Positions 33,808-43,020 of a DNA stretch of 55,731 nt are shown here, piece after piece. The DNA is from Candidatus Caccovivens sp. (GTDB lineage Bacteria; Bacillota; Clostridia; Christensenellales; UBA1242), in NCBI GenBank assembly GCA_051888935.1, contig JBJFCL010000019.1:1-55731 (forward strand). The letters are read 5' to 3'. Numbering within the stretch: position 1 is the stretch's first letter; every line of letters starts with the position of its first letter. The position numbers and the translations under genes were made by a program. The notes beneath the pieces were generated by a model that did not search any database, had not been told where the DNA came from, and was given only the letters and a program-made list of their open reading frames with translations.

Positions 33808-36039
33808 ATGGCACTTACTGGAACGATTGAAGATATTGTATATAGAAATGAAGAAAATGGTTATACTGTTGCGCGTCTTGAAAAAGATGACAGCGTTGTC
33901 ACTGTTGTTGGGAAGTTTATTGATGTGCAGGTTGGAAGTCTTGTCACGCTTGATGGAAAATTCGAAAAGACGAAATACGGCGTGCAATATGCTTTTTCAT
34001 CATATGAAATTTCCATGCCACAATCCCTTGAAGGCATTGAAAAATATCTTGGGAGTGGTCTGATTAAGGGTGTTGGACCAATTACTGCCAAGAAAATCGT
34101 GGAGCGCTTTGGCAAGGACACTTTGGACATTTTGGAATATTCTCCACAAAAATTGGCGCAAGTGTCAGGCATAAGTGAAAAGAAAGCGGTGGAAATTGGT
34201 TTTTCATATAAAGAACATAGGGAAGTTCAAAATACGATTATGTTTTTGCAAAATTTCAACATTACAACAAACATGGCGTTGAAAATTTACAATGTTTATC
34301 ATGAAAAGACAACGGAAATTGTTAAAAATAATCCATATAAATTGGTGGAAGATGTCGATGGTATAGGTTTTACAACAGCAGACCGTATTGCACAAAATGC
34401 TGGTTTGCCAAAAGATAGTCTTTTTAGATTGCGTGCGGGACTTATTCATGTTTTGAAAACATCTTGCGAAAAAAATGGAAACACATATTTGCCAAAGAAT
34501 ATGCTTTTTGAACAAGCATCACAGGCATTGGAACTTGAATTTGAGGAAAATAAGGATAAATATGAAGAGGCTTTTGACAGTTTGACATTGGATAGAACTG
34601 CCGTTGTAACTTGGGTTGACGGTTTGGAAATTGTTATGCTGTCAAAATACTATTATTATGAAAATTCGGTTGCACAAAAATTGGTCTGGCTGGCAAATTG
34701 TCAAAAGACAGAAGAACAAAATTTGGACGAGGAGATTGCCAATTTTGAACTTAGAAACAAAATATCTCTTCATGAAGAACAGAAAAACGCTGTCATTGGG
34801 GCGATAAATAATGGCGTTTTTGTCATTACTGGTGGGCCGGGAACTGGAAAAACCACAATTATCAAATGTATTTTGGAAATTCTGACAAGTCAACAAAAGA
34901 CGGTTTCCATGGTTGCTCCTACTGGGCGTGCGGCAAAGCGTATGAGTGACAGCACAGGGCATGAAGCAAAGACGATTCACAGACTTTTGGAAGTTAATGT
35001 CATTCAAAATGAACAAAGTTTTTTTGTGCATAACGAATCGAATCCGCTTAAAACTGATGTTGTTATTGTTGATGAAGTTTCCATGGTCGATGTGGCTCTG
35101 ATGTGTTCTCTTTTGAAGGCAATGCCAAGAGATTGCAAACTTATTTTGGTGGGGGACAAAGACCAGTTGCCAAGTGTTGGTGCAGGAAATGTACTTTCGG
35201 ATATTTTGCAGAGCGGAGTGGTAAATTATTGTATGTTGACCAAGATTTTCCGTCAAGATGAAAAAAGTTTGATTATCACCAACGCACACCTTATTAATGA
35301 AGGAAAAATGCCACTTATAGACAACACCAGCATGGATTTCTTTTTTGAAAGCAAAAATGACCCAGAAGTAATTAAAAACACCATTATAGATTTAGTAACG
35401 GTGCGTTTGCCGAAATTTTTGAAGGTTGAACCGCAAAGTATTCAAGTGCTTGCTCCACTTAAAGCAGGCGTTTGCGGAATTGAAAACCTAAACAAAGTTT
35501 TACAGGAGCGCATCAATGCTCCTGCTTCAAATAAACGCCAAGTCGAATTTGGACAAACCATTTTCCGCGAGGGAGACAAGGTTATGCAGATGTCCAACAA
35601 CTACGACCTTGAATGGAAAAAACATGGGCGTTATGCTGACGAAGTTGGGCAGGGCGTGTTCAATGGCGACATTGGAATAATCAGCACCATTGACCCAAAC
35701 ACCAGTGAGGTGATTGTTGAATTTGAAGATGGAAGAATTTGTCTTTATACTCGACCAGACCTTGTTGACTTGTCTCTTTCATATGCAATTACCATTCACA
35801 AAAGTCAAGGTTCAGAATTTGACACAATTGTCATTCCAGCCATTGCTGGTCCAAGCATAATACTTACTCGAAATCTCATATACACAGCGGTTACGCGTGC
35901 AAAAAAAATGGTGGTAATCGTTGGGGAAAAGCAATATCTTAGACGCATGGTCTCCAACAAATATACCGCCACTCGTTTTACTCTATTAAAAACCTTATTA
36001 GTAACTGCAAATGAGAAAGTTAAGACAATGTTTGATTAA
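33808..36039 (+). CDS. recD2: ATP-dependent RecD2-like SF1B DNA helicase
   Basis: ITGGPGTGKTT (Walker A), VIVDEVSMVD, LVGDKDQLPSVGAGN and SYAITIHKSQGSEF. Confidence 0.93.
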   Translation: MALTGTIEDIVYRNEENGYTVARLEKDDSVVTVVGKFIDVQVGSLVTLDGKFEKTKYGVQYAFSSYEISMPQSLEGIEKYLGSGLIKGVGPITAKKIVERFGKDTLDILEYSPQKLAQVSGISEKKAVEIGFSYKEHREVQNTIMFLQNFNITTNMALKIYNVYHEKTTEIVKNNPYKLVEDVDGIGFTTADRIAQNAGLPKDSLFRLRAGLIHVLKTSCEKNGNTYLPKNMLFEQASQALELEFEENKDKYEEAFDSLTLDRTAVVTWVDGLEIVMLSKYYYYENSVAQKLVWLANCQKTEEQNLDEEIANFELRNKISLHEEQKNAVIGAINNGVFVITGGPGTGKTTIIKCILEILTSQQKTVSMVAPTGRAAKRMSDSTGHEAKTIHRLLEVNVIQNEQSFFVHNESNPLKTDVVIVDEVSMVDVALMCSLLKAMPRDCKLILVGDKDQLPSVGAGNVLSDILQSGVVNYCMLTKIFRQDEKSLIITNAHLINEGKMPLIDNTSMDFFFESKNDPEVIKNTIIDLVTVRLPKFLKVEPQSIQVLAPLKAGVCGIENLNKVLQERINAPASNKRQVEFGQTIFREGDKVMQMSNNYDLEWKKHGRYADEVGQGVFNGDIGIISTIDPNTSEVIVEFEDGRICLYTRPDLVDLSLSYAITIHKSQGSEFDTIVIPAIAGPSIILTRNLIYTAVTRAKKMVVIVGEKQYLRRMVSNKYTATRFTLLKTLLVTANEKVKTMFD

Positions 36040-36042
36040 GTT

Positions 36043-38748
36043 TTAATTTTTTGTATTTCTTTTTGATTTTGTGTTGTTTGATTTTGTTGTTTTCTCCAAA
36101 GAACTTTCATTTTGCTTTTTTGATTTAACAACTTTGTTTTGTTGAGGTTTTGTTTCGTTGTTTGGTTGAGATTCCGCACTCTCAACCTTTTTTGTTGTAT
36201 TCGATTTTTTTGGTGTTGTTGTATTCGATTTTTCTGGTGTTTCAAAAGTCACAGTCAGATTTTCATCGTCTTTTTCTTTTGTAAATTTGGACGATATTTT
36301 TTGCCACCAAGAATCCCGTTTGTTTGAATTTTCAGTTTTTACTGGCACAGTTCCCACATTGCTCATTTTCTTGTGTTGCCACCATTCTTTAAGGTAAAAT
36401 ATTCCGACCAAAATCATTATGGAGCAAAGGAGTAATGTCACAAGCGTAATCATAACTGGGAATGTGTAGTCTGTGATTGAGAAGAATTTTCCTAAACCAC
36501 TTAGTGTTGAAATTATAAGAATTGCTGAAATAGCCACGCAAATTGAACGGAGCCAGTTGAGTGGCCAACAAATCCACACGAGGTTGATATATCCAATAAA
36601 TGTGAGAAGTAAGGTACAAAGAGAGGTGTATTCCGACGGCATTAAAGTGGTTGTGTTTTCATTCAAAATCAGAACAATCAAAATGTTAACAAACATCACA
36701 ATTGAACAAGGAATAGATTTTTTGAGGACTTGTGGAATGAAATTTCCACGAATGATGTCGCTGTTTGGTTGGAAAGTCAGTATAAATGAAGGAACTCCTA
36801 TGACAAACATTTCGAGAAGTAGCAGTTGTTTTGGAGTGAAAGGATAGGATATCTTTAACACCAAGGTTGTTATACAAAGCATGATTGTAAACAGAGTCTT
36901 CATCAGATAAAGCACCGAAGAACTTTGCACATTGTTGACAATTTGTCTGCCTTCTTTGACAATTGCAGGCAAAGCAGAGAAGTTGCTCTCCATAAGAACT
37001 AAATGAGAGATGTTTCTTGCCACTTCGCTTCCGTCTGCCATGGCAATGGAACAGTTTGCTTCTTTGAGTGCCAGTGTGTCATTTACACCATCTCCCGTCA
37101 TTGCCACAACATGACCTTGGGTTTTAAGTGTTTTTATGATGGTGTGTTTTTGTTCAGGTGTAACGCGACCAAAAACGGTAAATTTTCCTGCAATTTGAGC
37201 AACTTCTTGCAAACTCATGTTTTCAAGAGAGATATACTTGTCATAATTATCAACGCCAACGCGTTTGGCAATTTTTGAAACGGTGAGAGCGTCATCGCCA
37301 GATATGATTTTTATGTCGACATTGTTCTTTTTGAACCAGTCAATAGTTTCCACAGCGTCTTTTCTGATGTGGTCTTCCAACACAAAGAATGCCAAAAGTT
37401 TTCCACGCTTTCCTGCCATTTTTTCATTATATGGATTTGCGTCTTCAACAAAACTTATGACACGATAGCCTTTCTCCATATAACTTTCCATAAGTTTCTT
37501 TTGGGCAGATGTTATTGCACACTTGATAAATCCAACTGCACCAATAAAATATGTTTTTCCATTAGCAAGGGTGGTGGCAGAGTATTTTCTTTGTGATGAA
37601 AATTCGATAACTTCTTTTACATTTCCAGTTTCTTTCCCAAAATGCTCCAAGAGTGCAACGCTGGTTGCGTTCATGGTTTTTTGATTGGCAAGGATTACTT
37701 TCATCACTTTTTGTATGTTTTCAATTTTTACATTGTCTTGTGGAACAACTTCCACAACATTCATAGTGCCGTCAGTTATTGTGCCAGTTTTGTCTAAACA
37801 AAGGACATTGGCACGAGCAAGCATTTCAATGGAATACAAATTTTTTACGAGAGTCTTTTTCCTTGCAAGTTTGATTACGCCAACAGAAAGTCCAACTGTA
37901 ATCAAAAGATACATGCCCGCAGGAATCATGCCAGTCAATGCACCGCTTGTGCTGGTGACAGATTCTTGAACAGTTGAACCGGCCATTAGATATTCTTTGC
38001 AAAATGTAAGCACACCCACAGGGATTAAAATGACAATTATTATTTTAATCAAGTTGTTGAGGTCTTTAAAAAGGTTTGATGTTTGAGGTTTAAAGTCTTT
38101 CGTACGCTCTGCAACTGTTTGAATGTAGTTGTTTTTTCCAACCTTATCCACGCGTGCATAACAAAGTCCTGCAACCAAGAAACTTCCTGCCAAAAGAATG
38201 TCTCCCTCTTGTTTTTTAATTAGGTTTGATTCTCCTGTCAACAGACTTTCATTTGCTTCAACATTTCCTTCAACAATAATGCAGTCGGCAGGAATTTGAT
38301 TGCCGTTTTCCAACACAATGATATCGTCCAAAAGCAAATCTTCACCTTTGACTTCCAGTTGAAGTCCCATACGAATAACTTTTATTTTTGGTGCTGTTAC
38401 CATGGAAAGTTTTTCAACAGTGTTTTTTGCTTTTATTTCTTGAAAAATTGAGATGGCGGTGTTTGCAATGACCACAAACAAAAATAGCAGGTCGCTCCAA
38501 GCATTGACACACATAAGTGCAACTGCAATGAATAGCCAAATGCAGTTGAAAATCGTAAACACATTTTTGCAAATGATGGCAAGATAGGAATTTGAAGTTT
38601 TGATTTTTGTGTCATTTACAAGTTTATGCTCAATTCGTTCGTTTATTTGTTCCTCAGAAAGACCATGCTCCTTATCTGTTTGATAACGAACAATTGGGAT
38701 ATCTTGCAAGATTTGTTTTTTCTTTTTTGATTTTTTAATTCTTTTCAT
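36043..38748 (-). CDS. cation-transporting P-type ATPase (HAD-IC family) with Lys/Asn/Thr-rich C-terminal tail
   Basis: LTGES, DKTGTITDG (phosphorylation site) and TGDGVNDTLALKEA. About 10 TM segments, then a ~130-aa low-complexity tail. Confidence 0.93.
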   Translation of the reverse strand: MKRIKKSKKKKQILQDIPIVRYQTDKEHGLSEEQINERIEHKLVNDTKIKTSNSYLAIICKNVFTIFNCIWLFIAVALMCVNAWSDLLFLFVVIANTAISIFQEIKAKNTVEKLSMVTAPKIKVIRMGLQLEVKGEDLLLDDIIVLENGNQIPADCIIVEGNVEANESLLTGESNLIKKQEGDILLAGSFLVAGLCYARVDKVGKNNYIQTVAERTKDFKPQTSNLFKDLNNLIKIIIVILIPVGVLTFCKEYLMAGSTVQESVTSTSGALTGMIPAGMYLLITVGLSVGVIKLARKKTLVKNLYSIEMLARANVLCLDKTGTITDGTMNVVEVVPQDNVKIENIQKVMKVILANQKTMNATSVALLEHFGKETGNVKEVIEFSSQRKYSATTLANGKTYFIGAVGFIKCAITSAQKKLMESYMEKGYRVISFVEDANPYNEKMAGKRGKLLAFFVLEDHIRKDAVETIDWFKKNNVDIKIISGDDALTVSKIAKRVGVDNYDKYISLENMSLQEVAQIAGKFTVFGRVTPEQKHTIIKTLKTQGHVVAMTGDGVNDTLALKEANCSIAMADGSEVARNISHLVLMESNFSALPAIVKEGRQIVNNVQSSSVLYLMKTLFTIMLCITTLVLKISYPFTPKQLLLLEMFVIGVPSFILTFQPNSDIIRGNFIPQVLKKSIPCSIVMFVNILIVLILNENTTTLMPSEYTSLCTLLLTFIGYINLVWICWPLNWLRSICVAISAILIISTLSGLGKFFSITDYTFPVMITLVTLLLCSIMILVGIFYLKEWWQHKKMSNVGTVPVKTENSNKRDSWWQKISSKFTKEKDDENLTVTFETPEKSNTTTPKKSNTTKKVESAESQPNNETKPQQNKVVKSKKQNESSLEKTTKSNNTKSKRNTKN

Positions 38749-38871
38749 AATTTTTATTTTCCACTTATTTTCGTATTTATGATATTAAATTTTACTACAA
38801 TTTGTCAAATATATTTGACTTTTTTAAATAATTAAATTATTTTAAATATAAAGACATGGAGTGGGGTGAAA

Positions 38872-40101
38872 ATGTTTATTTCAATTTCCGACAATTTAAA
38901 GAAACTGTCCAAATTTTTTCCAGAGAATTTGTATGTTGTTGGTGGATATGTCCGCAACAAATTACTTGGTATTGAAAGCGGAGATGTGGACCTTTCCAGT
39001 AGTGTAAATATTGAAGAAGTTTCCAAGCGTCTTGAAGGAAGTGAATTTTCGGTCAAAATCAAGAGTCTCAAATGTGGAAGTCTTTTGATTTGTAAAGATG
39101 ATGAATCATATGAGTACACTGCTTTTAGAAAAGATGTCTATGAAACTGATGGCTCACATATGCCAATCCGAGTTGAACGCACAGACAAAATTGAAGAGGA
39201 TGCTCAGCGCCGAGATTTCTCTGTAAATGCCATGTATTATAATATCAACAAGGACGAAATTGTTGATTTGCATCATGGTATTATTGACTTGACTGACAAA
39301 ATTTTAAAAGCAATAAATGAAGATGTCTTGAAATTCGATGGCGAGCGCGTATTAAGAATGGTTAGAATTGCTGGCGAATTGAATTTTAAAATAGATAAAA
39401 GCACTTTGCATTCCGCACAAAAATATGCTTCAAATGTTGAGGCTTTATCTGGTGAGAGAAAATATAATGAACTTGAAAAAATTCTCTATTGCGACAAGCG
39501 TTATCAATTAAACAAAAAAACAGGATTTAAAATTGCTTTAAAACTTTTAAATGTGCTAAATATATGGAAATATTTTGGACTTCAAACCAACATGATTAAA
39601 TATAAAATGGTCTTTAAATCCGAAGATAGATTTCTGGGACTTTTGATTGATATTGTTGACACTTTGAAACCAGAATGTTTGCAAGTGTTTTTGGAAAAAC
39701 TGCTCAAAGACCAGTTTGGATACACAAATGCCATGACAAGCAAAGTCTTTGTTGTGCTTGCAGGCTATTACAACGCTCTTAATGGTATGAAAAATAAGGA
39801 ATATTTCTTCAATTATTTTGAGAATTGGCAAAATATTGAGCCTCTTATTGCTTGTAAGTCCAAACACTTGCAAAACAAATACAATTTTTTCTATCAATAT
39901 ATTATTGAACATAATTTAGTTATCAAAATTGGTGATCTTGCTGTTGATGAAAATGACATCAAAACAAATTTCCCTAAAATTGATAAGAGAAATTATGATA
40001 GAATACTTCAAAATCTTTTGAGCAAAGTTTTCAATGCAAAAGTTGCAAATGAGAAAGAAAGTTTGATTGCGGAAATAGAAAAAAATTTACAAAATTACTA
40101 A
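38872..40101 (+). CDS. cca: CCA tRNA nucleotidyltransferase / poly(A) polymerase family protein
   Basis: LYVVGGYVRNKLLG..GDVDL and RRDFSVNAMYYN. ATG 38872 follows GGAGTGGGG (the track start is GTG 38866). Confidence 0.88.
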   Translation: MFISISDNLKKLSKFFPENLYVVGGYVRNKLLGIESGDVDLSSSVNIEEVSKRLEGSEFSVKIKSLKCGSLLICKDDESYEYTAFRKDVYETDGSHMPIRVERTDKIEEDAQRRDFSVNAMYYNINKDEIVDLHHGIIDLTDKILKAINEDVLKFDGERVLRMVRIAGELNFKIDKSTLHSAQKYASNVEALSGERKYNELEKILYCDKRYQLNKKTGFKIALKLLNVLNIWKYFGLQTNMIKYKMVFKSEDRFLGLLIDIVDTLKPECLQVFLEKLLKDQFGYTNAMTSKVFVVLAGYYNALNGMKNKEYFFNYFENWQNIEPLIACKSKHLQNKYNFFYQYIIEHNLVIKIGDLAVDENDIKTNFPKIDKRNYDRILQNLLSKVFNAKVANEKESLIAEIEKNLQNY

Positions 40102-40203
40102 AATATCAAACATAAAACACGCTTTTCAGTGTGTTTTTTTATGCAAAATTTATGATTTTCTTCTGTTTAAAATATTTTTGCTTTTATTTGACATAATATT
40201 TTT

Positions 40204-41781
40204 ATGAAAAAAGAAGAACAAAATAAACAAGAAAAAAATAAATCTTTAAAAAGCAAAAATACAAATCAAAAAAAAACAAAGCAAAAGGGATTGTTGTGGT
40301 TTTTGGGAGCGTCAGCATTGTCTGTGACATTGCTTCTTTGCTGTCAATTTTTCTTTGCAAACACAATCACGGGCAGAGAAAGATTTTATGATAACACGCG
40401 CATAAATGGAATTGATGTCAGCGGAATGAGTGTTGCGGAAGCGGAAAATGTTGTCTTGACAGATATGTTGGAGCATAAAAATGAGGTCGAAATTGAACTT
40501 GTCAGCGGACAGAAAAGTTGGACATTATCTGGCAATGATTTTGAAGTTGCCAACAAAATTCAGCCTGTCATTGCCGAAGTGTCAAAGTTTGGCAAAAATG
40601 GAAATTTTTTCCAAAATCTTAAAGTTGAAAGAGAAATAAGAGAAAACGGAAAAGACTTTCAAGTTTCTTACACGAATTTGCTTTCAAACATAAATGAAAA
40701 AATTGATGAAATAATTTCAGAGGTCGAACAAGAGGCTAAACCTGCAAGTTTGATTTTTCAGCCAGATGAAACAGAAACTTTTGCGGTTTATAAAGGGCAA
40801 AACGCCATTTTGGTCAATCGCGACCAACTTTATCAAGAGATTGACAACGCACTTAAAGTGTCAAAAAAAATCAAAGTTGAAATTCCTATCATTGAGATAG
40901 AAAACGAAATAGACCTTGATGCATTGGAAAATAGTGTCATTAAGCGTAGCGAATTTTCAACTTCATATGCCAAGAGTTCAGCAAGCAGAAAGAACAACAT
41001 CAAAAAGGCACTTTCTGCATTTAATGGAATGATTGTTCAACCAGGGCAGACGGTTTCTTTCAATGAAACCACTGGACCAAGGACAGAAAGCGAGGGTTAT
41101 AAAAGTGCTCATATTATTGTTGGAGGGGTGTATGTTGATGGCGTTGGCGGAGGTGTGTGTCAAGCGTCCACGACACTCTACAATGCCCTTCTTCTTGCCG
41201 ATATTGATGTTTTGAGTGTCAATCATCATTCTTTGCCTGCTTCTTATGTTCCACTATCATTTGACGCGATGGTTTCTGGAAGTTATTCTGATTTGGTGTT
41301 CAAAAACAATCTTGAAACGCCGATTTATATCAAAACTTTTGCTGATGATGAAAACATCAAAGTGGAAGTTTATGGAGAAAAGTTTGACGATGGCATAACT
41401 ATCAAGCGTCGAGCAGAACTTGTCAAAATTTTGCCACATAATGGGGACAGAATTGTGGCAGACACCAAAGGAGAATATGCCAACAAAATTTTGTATAAAG
41501 GTGAGTATTTAAGAGTGAAATATCCTCGTGAAGGTTATGAAAGCAAAGGATATTTGCAGTATTACAAAGATGGACAACTTTTGGAAGAAAAGGAAATTAG
41601 ACATGATTTCTATCAACCGCAAGAGGGGATTGTTATGGAGGGTGTGGAGTCGCCAGTGGAAGGTATGACAATTCCTGTTAGCGATGTAAAAATTATCAAA
41701 CCTCAAAAAGTGACAAAACAGACCGAAGATAACATCAAAATCAAACTTTCCAAACAAAATCCAAGTGAATACAATCCGTAA
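40204..41781 (+). CDS. VanW family protein
   Basis: N-terminal TM anchor and the VanW core GGGVCQASTTLYNALLLADIDVLSVNHHSLPASYVPLSFDAMV. Confidence 0.85.
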   Translation: MKKEEQNKQEKNKSLKSKNTNQKKTKQKGLLWFLGASALSVTLLLCCQFFFANTITGRERFYDNTRINGIDVSGMSVAEAENVVLTDMLEHKNEVEIELVSGQKSWTLSGNDFEVANKIQPVIAEVSKFGKNGNFFQNLKVEREIRENGKDFQVSYTNLLSNINEKIDEIISEVEQEAKPASLIFQPDETETFAVYKGQNAILVNRDQLYQEIDNALKVSKKIKVEIPIIEIENEIDLDALENSVIKRSEFSTSYAKSSASRKNNIKKALSAFNGMIVQPGQTVSFNETTGPRTESEGYKSAHIIVGGVYVDGVGGGVCQASTTLYNALLLADIDVLSVNHHSLPASYVPLSFDAMVSGSYSDLVFKNNLETPIYIKTFADDENIKVEVYGEKFDDGITIKRRAELVKILPHNGDRIVADTKGEYANKILYKGEYLRVKYPREGYESKGYLQYYKDGQLLEEKEIRHDFYQPQEGIVMEGVESPVEGMTIPVSDVKIIKPQKVTKQTEDNIKIKLSKQNPSEYNP

Positions 41782-41889
41782 ATAGAGAATTTGCAAGTTT
41801 TTTAAATTAAATTAACAAAAATAACGGATTTTTTGATGGATTAACAAAATAGATTTGTATTTTGAATATAATTGTACTAAAATAATATT

Positions 41890-42798
41890 ATGGCAAACAA
41901 AAAACCACTGACAACAAAAAGTAAAATAATTCGTTCAAGCATTGTCATTGCAGTTATTATTGCAGTGTTGGTTTTGGCGTATTTTATTCTTGTTTGGACT
42001 GGTGCGTGGGAATATATCAATTCCGTGGACAAAATTAGGGAACTGATTTTATCTGCTGGTTTTTGGGGAAGATTGGCGTTTGTTTTTATTCAATTTTTGC
42101 AAGTGACATTTTTGCCAATTCCATCTACAATTTCCACGCTGGCAGGGGTGCTTATTTATGGACCGTTGGAAGCGGCACTGTTGAGTCTTGCTGGCATCAT
42201 ACTTGGCAGTGTGTTGGCTTTTGCACTTGGACGAACTTTTGGTCGCAAGTTGGTGGTTTTTATGGTTGGTGAAGAATCTTGCAAGAAATGGGAAAAATTC
42301 TTATCCAATGCCAAGTACTCCTTTTTTATCATGATGGTTTTGCCGATGTTTCCTGATGATGTTCTCTGTCTCGTGGCAGGACTTACTGATATGTCATGGG
42401 CATTCTTTGTCATAACCAACTTGGTTGCACGACCAATAGGTGTTTTTATGACTTGTTACCTCGGTAGTGGAGCGCTTATTCCTTATCATGGTTGGGGACT
42501 TGTGGCTTGGGCATTTATTGTGGTTATAGTGGCGGTTTTGCTGTTCCTTTCTTTCAAATATCGCGACAATATTGAAAATTTTTTACAGACAAAATTTAAA
42601 AGCAAAGCACATAAAATGAAAGAAAACCTGTCAAATACTGATGCATCAACAGAACAAGTTGCAGAAAAACAAGAAGATAACAAAGAAAAAGATGCTCCTA
42701 TAACAAAGAAAAACAATGAAAAAGATGCTCCTATAACAAAGAAAAACAATGAAAAAGATGTTAAAACAAACAAAAACACTCAAAAGCCTACAAAATAA
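41890..42798 (+). CDS. TVP38/TMEM64 (DedA/SNARE-associated) family membrane protein
   Basis: FLQVTFLPIPSTISTLAGVLIYG...LGRTFGRKLV. The C-terminal tail has a duplicated KDAPITKKNNE. Confidence 0.85.
   Translation: MANKKPLTTKSKIIRSSIVIAVIIAVLVLAYFILVWTGAWEYINSVDKIRELILSAGFWGRLAFVFIQFLQVTFLPIPSTISTLAGVLIYGPLEAALLSLAGIILGSVLAFALGRTFGRKLVVFMVGEESCKKWEKFLSNAKYSFFIMMVLPMFPDDVLCLVAGLTDMSWAFFVITNLVARPIGVFMTCYLGSGALIPYHGWGLVAWAFIVVIVAVLLFLSFKYRDNIENFLQTKFKSKAHKMKENLSNTDASTEQVAEKQEDNKEKDAPITKKNNEKDAPITKKNNEKDVKTNKNTQKPTK
42685..42761 (+). repeat. 33-bp perfect tandem repeat (2.3 copies) inside the TVP38 gene tail
   Basis: GAAAAAGATGCTCCTATAACAAAGAAAAACAAT at 42685-42717 and 42718-42750, then a partial third copy. 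Confidence 0.9.
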
Positions 42799-42800
42799 AA

Positions 42801-42965
42801 TTATTTTTTTAAAATAATAAAAACTCCTTCTTTGATTTGTTTTGGAAGAAGTTGATTGTCAAGCAAGATTTTTGTGCTGTCTATATTATATTTTTGGGAG
42901 ATAATCTTTAAATTTTCTCCTTTTTTTACTTGATAAAATTCAAAAGGGATTTTTTTGATGCTCAT
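42801..42965 (-). CDS. 54-aa LysM domain protein (below the ORF-track cutoff)
   Basis: Minus-strand ATG 42965 lies 5 nt after AAAGGAG. Sequence: MSIKKIPFEFYQVKKGENLKIISQKYNIDSTKILLDNQLLPKQIKEGVFIILKK, containing the LysM pattern Y.V..GD.L..I...Y......L...N. TAA stop at 42803-42801. Confidence 0.7.
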   Translation of the reverse strand: MSIKKIPFEFYQVKKGENLKIISQKYNIDSTKILLDNQLLPKQIKEGVFIILKK

Positions 42966-43020
42966 ACAAACTCCTTTAAATTTGGCATATATTTTAAAAA
43001 ATGCTTATAAATTAGAATGT

